Below are positions 1 to 8,681 of a DNA stretch of 64,000 nt, piece by piece (within the stretch, counting starts at the first letter, position 1; each line of letters starts with the position of its first letter). Source of the DNA: Mobula hypostoma (lineage: Eukaryota); the NCBI RefSeq assembly GCF_963921235.1, contig NC_086109.1, forward strand, positions 3,040,001 to 3,104,000. The letters run 5' to 3'. Under the pieces are notes generated by a model. It was not told the DNA's origin, did no database searches, and saw only the letters and a list, made by a program, of their open reading frames with translations. A program made the position numbers and the translations under genes.

Positions 1-54
1 GAGAAAAAATATTGCAACCATTAACCTTATCAATGGTACCTTAAGGTTGTTATA

Positions 55-550
55 GTCAGGTGTGGTAATCAGGACAAGCTCCCACTTCCTATTAAGTGTT
101 CCCAGTGGCATGCGCCTCAAATAGCCTCTGACAACCAAGTTTAGCTCCTGGCCTTCACGTATGGCTCGGCTACTAACCCCGGGGAACCATTTCTACCGAT
201 AGAAGGGGCAAAGGCAGGTTTACTGGCACCTTAAAGTCAGTCGCTTCGGGCAGATGGGGCTCATCAGCGGTGGTTGGCTGCTCATCTAGAAGGAAAACTC
301 TGATCTCAAATCCCCACTGCCTTGCAGTTGTCCCACTCATGGGAAAGGCTTTGAGAGTAAAGTTTGAGGGAAAAATCCATGAGCTGGCGTCCCTAAGGCA
401 GGTCTATGTTAGTTCAATGTCAACTGGCAACTCCGTGACACAGCCGGTGCCGAACTGTATCAGTCTCTCCTGTTGCTTTGGGTCCATCAGATGCGTAGAG
501 AAAGGGAGCCTGCTACATAGGCGACAGCTTGCTCTCCCTGTCGTACTCCC
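55..550 (+). mobile_element. Non-autonomous retroelement family A (probably RTE-related)
   Basis: Colinear with the split copy at 4490-4728/5525-5568/5939-6177; its 3' part resembles the tail of the tRNA-SINE at 32219-32527. Confidence 0.5.
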
Positions 551-779
551 CCAATCGCTGCTGCTTCTTCAGTGCACCAGGATGCCAAAAGCTTTGTGCA
601 GTTTGACTGTTCTTTCTGGACTTGCGGAACAGCAGAGTCCAAGATCAGCAAATTCAACATCCTGGGAATATAGAAAAGAGAACAATTCTGTACAGGAACA
701 TTTACACCCTCCATGTCTTGGCTGCCCACAATGCCAGATTATGCTGTTCACATCGCCATACATGTGATCTATATTCCTT

Positions 780-1230
780 AACTCCCCGTCTGTCCATGTG
801 CCCGTCTAAATGTTTCTAAAATATTGTTGTCATATCTACTTCCACCACCTCCCCTGCAAGAACTTTCCAGATGCCTACCACTCTTAGTGTAAAGAAACAT
901 GTTGCATAAATCTCCTTTAAACTGTAACCCAACCTACCCCAATACCGACCCCCACATTGAAGCTCTCTCTTCTGTGGCCAAGCCAATTTTGGATTCAGCT
1001 ACCAAGTATCCATGGATCTCACTTGCCTTATTATTTTAGATCAACCCACCATCAGCCACCCTATCAAATTCCTTAGTAAAGTCCATGCAGACAATTCCCA
1101 TTACCCTTCCTCAACAATCATCTTCATCACCTCCTCAAAAAAAAGTCAGTGAAGCTTGTGAGGTGACTTTCACTGCTTAAAGCCATGCTGACTGCCCCTA
1201 GTAAGTCCATGCTTTTCCAGAAGAGAGTAG
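780..1230 (-). mobile_element. Degraded CR1 LINE fragments
   Basis: Reverse-strand similarity to the CR1 RT region (AAGCCATGCTGACT = QHGF codons) and to the 3' region. Confidence 0.55.
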
Positions 1231-1263
1231 GTTCTTTCTTCAACAATGGCAAAAGAATCATTA

Positions 1264-1398
1264 AACAACACACACAAAAAGTGCTGGTGAATGCAGCAGG
1301 CCAGGCAGCATCTACAGGAAGAGGTACAGTCGACGTTTCAGGCCAGGACCCTTCGTCAGGACTAACTGAAAGAAGAGATAGTAAGAGGGTAAGATAGT
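1264..1398 (-). mobile_element. Penelope-like pLTR-derived mini-element
   Basis: 13-bp TSD AAAAGAATCATTA (1251-1263/1399-1411); homologous to many copies in the window. Confidence 0.8.
1328..1363 (-). ncRNA. Minimal type I hammerhead ribozyme motif
   Basis: AGTC-CTGACGA-AGG(GTCCTGG)CCT-GAAAC-GTC-GACT: intact core, stems I and II, palindromic stem III, GUC triplet. Confidence 0.75.
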
Positions 1399-1514
1399 AA
1401 AAGAATCATTAGTCTGTTTGTGTCTGCTACCTTTCTAACTTGCAGATCAGATCGGATTCTTACTTTTTGTCTTCTTACTTTTTAACTTATTTTTTGTATT
1501 TTTTTTTTCACAGT

Positions 1515-2315
1515 AACACGTCGAAGCTGCACCCTCTCTAACATGCTGGTAGAGAGAGTTTTATTTGGGTTTTTAGTGCTGGAAATAGTTACATCCCGAC
1601 ACGCGGGACAGAAGCATGGTCGCATTGTTCATTCCATTGACCAGCTTGCGCTAATGCCGGCCGGTTTAGCGAGCAGAGGGATCACAAAGTCGAGAAAAGA
1701 GGACTGGGTCGAGACAACAGAGACTTATGGAGAAGAGGAGTTCAGTGGGTAATAAAATGGAGGAGTTCATGGCGCTATCCAGGCGTCAGAGAACATTTCG
1801 GGAGTGCAGTGTTATGTGTTTCACTGGAACGGGGCTGCACAAGGACATACCCGATCAAAACTTTTCCATGGACAGCTTCCAGACCGTTCAGGCTGACCGG
1901 AAGTGCACTGAGAGCGGTAAGCGTAAAGGAGTTGGGTGCTTACTGTTCTGGTTAACAACAGATGGTGCAATCCGGGTCATATTACGATCGAGGAACGTGT
2001 TTGTAGACTGGATATTGAACTTTTTACTGTTGGACTTCGGCCACATTCCACCGAGATTCAACACTGGGTGGCATGGGAGGTCGTTCCTGCCTGTGGCCAT
2101 CGAACTTGCAGCTCCTCCCATGGAAGGTCAGACACCCTGAGCCAATAGACTGGTCCTGGCCTTTTTTCCATCTGGCATAGTTCGCATTTTGTTGTTTGAT
2201 TGTTTGTGGTCTTTGTATTGCTATATTTATGCTCTATTCTTGTTTGGTGCGGCTGTAACAAAACCCAATTTCCCTCGGGATCAATAAAGTATATCTGTCT
2301 ATCTATCTATCTATC
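1515..2315 (+). mobile_element. Internally deleted Rex1/Babar-type LINE derivative
   Basis: APE N-terminal-like peptide (RECSVMCFTGTGL...ADR...SGKRKG) joined to a 3' end homologous to 48361-48590, AATAAA and (TATC)n tail. Confidence 0.65.
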
Positions 2316-2319
2316 TTAT

Positions 2320-2625
2320 ACAGTGGAATGGCTCTGACCACACCCCAGTTCTCTGGGACCTCACCTGTGGAGAAAGAGGATACAAAGACCTCTTTCAAGC
2401 CCCTAGCAAGCTCCTCTCTTGCTTCTCTCAACAGCCTGGGGTCGTCTATCAAGACCTATGGACAAACCCACCTTCAGGCTTTTCAAGAGGCTGAAAACCT
2501 CCTCCTTCTTGATCTCAACGTTTTTGGACAATCGGGACACCCTACACCAATCTTGCTCTGTCCACGTCCTTCTCTGTGGTGAATACTGATGTGCGGTACT
2601 TGTTTAGGACCTCATCCATTTCTTG
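2320..2625 (-). mobile_element. CR1 ORF2 fragment
   Basis: Minus strand reads PRLLREAREELARGLKEVFVSSFSTGEVPENW. Confidence 0.7.
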
Positions 2626-3191
2626 TGGTTGGTTGATCAGTTAAGAGTGTACTGGTTATGAAAGAGTTAAATCGGTTGCTGAGTGAGATGAAACCCCTCA
2701 GAATTTGCATTAATTTAGTTCATTTCTACACACTAGCTTGTAGGCATATTACAAATATTACAGCGACAGAAGAATAATGAGACAATGCAGTACTCAGTGT
2801 CTGTTGTTCTTTCCACTTGCTGCGGGATCATTTTCCACCGTTCCACAGAAATGTGATTTGCCTATTTGCCATTTTCTTATGAAAAGTTGCTCTCACAAAT
2901 GCCCCAACAGACATAACCTTACATCCTGAGAAATATCTGTTTACTCCCTCACTTTGTGTTGTGTTCACTAATCGGTTCTCTGTCCAGGACAGCAGCATAC
3001 TGTGTGAAGACAGATGGGGTGAGGTGGAGGTGTGCACAGAGGCACAAATACCACGGTGTAAAGTCCAAGCGAATTTTGATATTTCTCTAAAAGAAGGACT
3101 TAGATTGACTCAATTAGAGAGTAGTTACATCAACAGATGTTCTGGGTTAGTCCCACTTCCCTTCGTTTTTCTGCTTTCTGCCTCCATACCT

Positions 3192-4117
3192 TCATTCATT
3201 AAGTTACGTTATCCATTATGACGTGGGCGATCATGGTCTTCCATGACTATGATTGTTCTCGCAAATTTTTCTACATGTAGCCCCCTGGTGAGCCTCAGGC
3301 TCGCTCAACTCGCTTCTGACTAGGGGGAGCAGCCTTTGGCCCCGGCAAACTGGGTAATCAAGTTTGTGTGGATGCTGTGTGTTGTGTCCCCTGTGTAACA
3401 TCAGTACCCCAAAATAACATTCAGTCCACAATGTGCGGTTAAACAATTAAGATTTTATATTTAAGTATGGGGTTAGTAGAGAACAAAAGAAAAGGAAAAC
3501 AAATAAAAGGCGCCAATAATCTCATAAACGTGTCCAGTGCACAAACGTTGGAGCTCACGGATTCCCTGTCTCTGATCCTCCTTCGCTCGTCGTCGACCCC
3601 TGGGCTCCCGCCCCGAGCCCAGGTCCAGCGGGTCCGGCAACCGTCTCCTCAAGCCACCTCTTCTCTCTTCACCCTCTTCGCGTCTTCTCCCCCAAGCCCG
3701 CACAACTAGCAGCTTTCACACAGACAGAGAGAATAACATCCAACCCAATTAGTTAACAAATGAATACAAGTCCCATTATCACTAATTATAATCCAAACAT
3801 ACTGCTATAGAGAACCGCAGTCTCAGCAGTTAACGGTACAGAGAAGCCATTGTATTCACCTTAGCAGTAACATGAAAGAAGAAACCCTTACATACAAAAG
3901 TGGTTTGCCATTGGCTTCTTCTGGGCAGTGCCTTTACAAGACGGGTGACCCCAGCCATTATCAATACTCTTCAGAGATTGTCCGCCTGGTGTCAGTGGTT
4001 ACAGAACCAGGATTTGTGAAATGCACCGACTGCTCATACGACCATCCACCACCTGCTCCCATGGTTTCAAGTGACCCTGATCAGTGGCTAGGCAGGTGCT
4101 ACACCTTGCCCAAGGGT
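3192..4117 (-). mobile_element. RTE/BovB-like SINE family C, interrupted by a solo LTR
   Basis: Homologous to 28809-29140 and 63389-63760; carries the RTE-type CAGAAGAAG-CAATGGCAAACCACT motif. Confidence 0.7.
3276..3892 (-). mobile_element. Solo LTR (617 bp)
   Basis: TGTA...TACA termini, 4-bp TSD TACA (3272-3275/3893-3896); host SINE resumes exactly after it. Confidence 0.8.
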
Positions 4118-4119
4118 AT

Positions 4120-4450
4120 TAAGTAACAACTCGTAATGGAGAGTCAGTAAATTGGACCCAAGATTGACTTAACCAAAGAAGATAGGACAGTGCTGGAGTG
4201 GTATTTCTCTGAATGGACATCTGTGACCAATAGCGTTCCACAGGGATCAGAGCTGAGACCTCTGTGCTTGTGTTCTATATAAATAATTTGCACACATATA
4301 TAGGTGTGGGGGGAGGGAAATTGATTAGTAATTTTGTGGAGATATTGATGTTGTGCAGAGTGTGTCCGTTTGTCAAAGGTTGCACTATAAAACAGACCAG
4401 TGTGAACAAAAATTAAATGTGGGCAGAGAAATGACAGAAGTTTAATATGT
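4120..4450 (+). mobile_element. Degraded CR1 RT fragment
   Basis: GTGACCAATAGCGTTCCACAGGGATCAG resembles the VTSGVPQGS motif. Confidence 0.6.
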
Positions 4451-4728
4451 TCTTAATATTTCATCCAGGTTCCATAAAATTGTTAAAGCTGAGGTGATAA
4501 GGGGAATAACCTCCCATTACCTATTAAATTCTTCCAATGGGGGTGCATCTCAGATAGTCTCTGACAACTACTTCTAGCTCTTGCCTTCATGTGTGGCTTA
4601 GCTACTAAACCTGGTGGAAATGTTTCCACTGACAAGAGGGGTAAAAGGAGGTTCTAGCTGCCTTAAAGCCAGTTGTTTTGGGCAGGTGGGGCTCACCAAC
4701 CACGGTTGGCAGCTTGTCTAGGAGAAGG

Positions 4729-5524
4729 TATTATGTGCCAGCAGCAATAGACCACAGATTCAGTTTTTAAGGTTAAACAGCTATATTCTCAGTATCTATC
4801 CAAGTACAGACAATTAAACAAATTACTCCCCTAAACAAAAATTAACAGTGCTATGCATTTTAGCTCACAAACTGCGGAGGTTTAGGAACAGTTCTTCCTA
4901 AGTCTTACTCAAACAGAGTCCTTAGATTGCAATCCAGAAGGTTCCAGAAATCCATGAAAACAGGTACAAATGTCTGTAGGGGAGAGCTCATAAATCCACC
5001 TTAAGATGACACAAGGTGACAGTCACAGAAGATTCCAGAAGTTGAGTAGTCGTCACTGAAATACTAGAGTCTATGCGGGGATAACAAAGTGACGCCAAAG
5101 TTCCAAAATTCCCATAGGGATATCACAAGGTGGCAATCATAGAATATTCCTTAACACAAGTGGTCGCCACATAACACATTCGAATCCAGGTACAAATTAA
5201 CAGAAAGAGGTCGCCACAGGATACTCCAGAAATCCAAGTATGGATCCTACAAAGTGACAGTCACGTATCCAATATGCACCGTGTGCCGCTAATTATCACA
5301 ACCTTCTGGACATGGAGAAGTATTAGACTCACCCACAGCTGTAACGAACTCTTCAACCAACTCCACCCAGCTCGTTCTCCCACTGGTAGCTTGCAGTCCG
5401 CTGTCCCTTAACTGCCGAATGTTCCAGCAACCTCTCCACATCTTGTTAATGACGTCATTCACCCGCCTCGTCCAGGCGCCTAAAGTGACGCTTACAGGGT
5501 AAAAGAAAACATTGACATGTAACA
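4729..5524 (-). mobile_element. Solo LTR-like insertion (796 bp)
   Basis: 4-bp TSD AAGG (4725-4728/5525-5528); termini TATTATGTGCC...GACATGTAACA (decayed TGTTA..TAACA); internal degenerate repeats. Confidence 0.65.
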
Positions 5525-5568
5525 AAGGAAATCTCAAATGTCTGCTGACTGGCAGCTATACCGACTCA

Positions 5569-5939
5569 ATCCTAAAGGGATTGGACAGGCTAGATGCAGG
5601 AAGATTGTTCCCGATGTTGGGGAAGTCCAGAACGAGGGGTCACAGTTTGAGGATAGAGGGGAAGCCTTTTAGGACCGAGATTAGGAAAAACTTCTTCACA
5701 CAGAGAGTGGTGAATCTGTGGAATTCTCTACCACAGGAAACAGTTGAGGCCAGTTCATTGGCTATGTTTAAGAGGGAGTTAGATATGGCCCTTGTGGCTA
5801 CGGGGGTCAGGGGGTATGGAGGGAAGGCTGGGGCGGGGTTCTGAGTTGGATGATCAGCCATGATCATAATAAATGGCGGTGCAGGCTCGAACGGCCGAAT
5901 GGCCTACTCCTGCACCTATTTTCTATGTTTCTATGTTTC
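5569..5939 (+). mobile_element. Young 5'-truncated CR1 3' end
   Basis: Near-identical to 11412-11777; (TTTCTATG)n tail. Confidence 0.95.
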
Positions 5940-6299
5940 ATGGGGAAGGCTTCGGGAGTAAACTCTAAGGAGTCTCAGGCAGTCCTACATTGAGTTTGAT
6001 GCTGACTGGTAACTCCTGTGACCACCCTGGTTCGAAACTGAATTGGTCTCTGTTGTTCCTTTGGATTCATCAGCTGTGTGGAGAGGGGGAGCTTGCTACC
6101 TGGGCAACAGCTTGCTCTCCATATTGTACCACCTGGCTTGTGTATCACGGAGACAGCTAGGACACGACATCCATGCTTAACCCCTACCAATGGAGGGTCT
6201 CAAGTATTTCAGCCAGAGGTTAAATTTGGACTTTTCATCAAAGTCACTGGCCCTTAGAACAATGTTTATGAGGTATTTGGACTGGGATATGAGCCAAAT

Positions 6300-6745
6300 G
6301 CTTCCAAGACGACCACAACTTTGCCGTAGGGTTTGGAGGTTTGCGTGCCTCAATGACCCGGACACCTACGTTAGCCAGAGTCGGGGCTTTGTGCTTTGTC
6401 TCTTGTTAGGGTTACCCATGCCAAACAGGTCAAAGGGTATAAGCCAGACTAAGAGTGGACCACTGGTCCTTCAAGTTCAGGAGTTCAGCTCAGGCCTAAC
6501 AACCCTGACTGGTTAATCCAAACTGTTCCAGAAACAGCAATGAGGAATCCTTCTACCTCTGAGTCTCCACCCGGGACATACATGGCTGACAGGAGTGAAA
6601 ACCGAGAGGAAGTTACTGGCATAATGAAGGAAGCCCTGAACGCCGCCAGGACCAAGACCAAAATTAGTTTTGCCAAGGACAGGCAGAGATGGAGACCTGC
6701 ATTGCTGCCCTAAACACCAGCAGCGTAACAGGCAGTAAGTATGTA
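6300..6745 (+). mobile_element. Bipartite RTE-derived non-autonomous element (family B)
   Basis: RTE-type 5' UTR (TTGCGTGCCTCAATGACCC...TAGGGTTACCCATG) fused to an RTE ORF end (AKDRQRWR) and TAAG tail; second copy at 15101-15483. Confidence 0.7.
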
Positions 6746-6859
6746 CAAAATGTATGCAAACGGGACGAGCACGGTTCAGCAAATTGGTCAGCACAGACAA
6801 GTCAAAGTCAAAGCCAAGTTGAATGTCACACGGGCAAGTACATGTATGCACAGGCGATG

Positions 6860-7620
6860 TGCAGCAGCTTCAGGACCTGTTGGTTGAAGGGACGTGCACC
6901 ATCAGGTTACTACCCCTCAACCATCAGGCTCCTGAACAAAAAGGGATAACTACACTCACTTGCCAATCCCTTGAGATGTTCCCACAACCAATGATCTCAC
7001 TTTAAGGACCCTTTATCTCATTATCTCATGTTCTCATTAGTTATTACTATTCATTTATATTTGCATTTGTACAGTTTGTTGTTTCCTGCAGAATAGTCGA
7101 TCTTTCATTGATCCTATTATAGTTACTGAGTCGTGGCTATCCCTCGAGGTCGAGGATGATGGTCTTCGTTCTGAAGAAGTGGCCCACAGAGCGAAGACGC
7201 CTGTGCGTGTATTTGTTTACGTGTACTTGATGCTGCACTCCAAGAAGCACACGACACTTCACAAATCAACCAACTAATTCCAATGGCATGGAAACCACGA
7301 CGACTGGAGCTGATGGATTTGTTGCAGCCTTCATCCGCCTTCACAGCCGTTCAGTTCGAAGTAACTTCGTCCGCCTGTTCCACCGTTGAGGTCTTGGTTG
7401 GATTGTTCTTCGTCAGGGACCTCACCCTCGACCTTACCGCCATGGGTGACCCTCCCAGGAGCATAGCTCCAGACGGCATCACTCTCGGGATCTCAGGACC
7501 ACACAAACTTCTCCACCGCGACAAGGTGACAGTCCACAGAGAAGAGTTACTGAGTATGGCCACAGGAACATGAATCTCAGGGTACTTTGATAATAAAATT
7601 TACTTTGAACTCTGAACTTT
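6860..7620 (+). mobile_element. Rex1-type LINE 3' end (host of 7132-7544)
   Basis: TACTACCCCTCAACCATCAGGCTCCTGAAC (YYPSTIRLLN) and tail TACTTTGATAATAAA..TTTGAAC. Confidence 0.6.
7132..7544 (-). mobile_element. Young RTE-derived non-autonomous element (413 bp)
   Basis: Perfect 11-bp TSD AGTTACTGAGT (7121-7131/7545-7555); CpG-rich; RTE/BovB-type 5' UTR motifs. Confidence 0.8.
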
Positions 7621-7866
7621 TTCATGGACACTTAGTATCAGATTAGCAGCATTCACATGAAAACATTTTTACAAATAAAGAACACAAATAGCATGTTCAG
7701 AGTGCAAGTGGTCACATGATCAGAGTGTTGTTAAAACACAGTGATTAGATTGAAGAACCAAATATTGGAGGGAAGTAGCTGTTCTTAGACCTGGTGGTGT
7801 GAGACTTCAGACTCCGCTACCTCCTGCCCATTGGAAGATGGAGAAGAGTAAGAAAGATGTGAGTAA

Positions 7867-8044
7867 CAGATTTGAAATTTCTTACTAGCTCTTCTTTCAG
7901 TTAGTCCTGACGAAGGGTCTCGGCCCAAAACGTTGACTGTACCTCTTCCTAGAGATGCTGCCTGGCCTGCTGCGTTCACCAGCAACTTTGATGTGTGTTG
8001 CTTGAATTTCCAGCATCTGCAGAATTCCTTGTGTTTGCGTTTTT
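7867..8044 (+). mobile_element. Penelope-like pLTR mini-element with mutated hammerhead (7903-7938)
   Basis: TSD AAAGATGTG(A/G)GTAA (7853-7866/8045-8058); CTGACGA intact, GAAA changed to AAAA. Confidence 0.8.
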
Positions 8045-8085
8045 AAAGATGTGGGTAATTAGGATTAGCATAGGTAGAGATCATA

Positions 8086-8676
8086 ATGAGCTTGGACACG
8101 TTGCGTCGAAGAACCTATTACTATGCTCTGTTTCAAAGATTCAATGACTGTAAAAGCTCGATAGTAAGGGGGTCAGATAGGGGGGACTCGATAGTAAGGG
8201 GGTCAGATAGGCGATTCTGTGGACGCAGTCCAGAGACTCGGATGGTAGTTTGCCTCCCTGGTGCCAGGGTCCGGGATATTTCTGATCGTGTCCAAGATAT
8301 CCTGAAGTGGGAGGGTGAAGAGCCAGAGGTCCTGGTACATATAGGTACCAATGACATAGGTAGGAAAAGGGATGAGGTCCTGAAAGAAGAATATAGGGAG
8401 CTAGGAAGGGAGTTGAGAAAAAGGACCGCAAAGGTAGTAATCTCGGGATTACTGCCTGTGCCACGCGACAGTGAGAGTAGGAATGCGATGAGGTGGAGGA
8501 TAAATGCGTGGCTGAGGGATTGGAGCAGGGGGCAGGGATTCAAGTTTTTGGATCATTGGGACCTCTTTTGGCGCAGGTGTGACCTGTACAAAAAGGACGG
8601 GTTACACTTAAATCCTAGGGGGACCAATATCCTGGCAGGGAGATTAGCGGGGGCTACTGAGGTGACTTTAAACTAG
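8086..8676 (+). CDS. CR1 ORF1 C-terminal SGNH/GDSL esterase-like domain (first about 24 codons come from flanking DNA)
   Basis: GDS, PGA, HIGTND and DGLH motifs in frame. Confidence 0.8.
   Translation: MSLDTLRRRTYYYALFQRFNDCKSSIVRGSDRGDSIVRGSDRRFCGRSPETRMVVCLPGARVRDISDRVQDILKWEGEEPEVLVHIGTNDIGRKRDEVLKEEYRELGRELRKRTAKVVISGLLPVPRDSESRNAMRWRINAWLRDWSRGQGFKFLDHWDLFWRRCDLYKKDGLHLNPRGTNILAGRLAGATEVTLN
8667..8673 (+). promoter_or_regulatory. Candidate -1 ribosomal frameshift slippery heptamer T TTA AAC
   Basis: X XXY YYZ in ORF1 register directly before TAG 8674-8676; the -1 frame is ORF2, open from 8661. Confidence 0.6.
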
Positions 8677-8681
8677 AATGG

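Larger units (their letters stand above)
4490..6177 (+). mobile_element. Family A copy split by a solo LTR and a CR1 insertion
   Basis: Three pieces (4490-4728, 5525-5568, 5939-6177) colinear with 55-550. Confidence 0.6.

Noticed and set aside
140..205. HDV-like motif in family A (GCC-TTCACGTAT-GGC)
   Set aside because: Could not assign consistent P1, P2 and J4/2 in both copies
270..767. 165-aa ORF and other short ORFs in the track as host genes
   Set aside because: They lie across degraded repeats with no recognisable domains or exon structure
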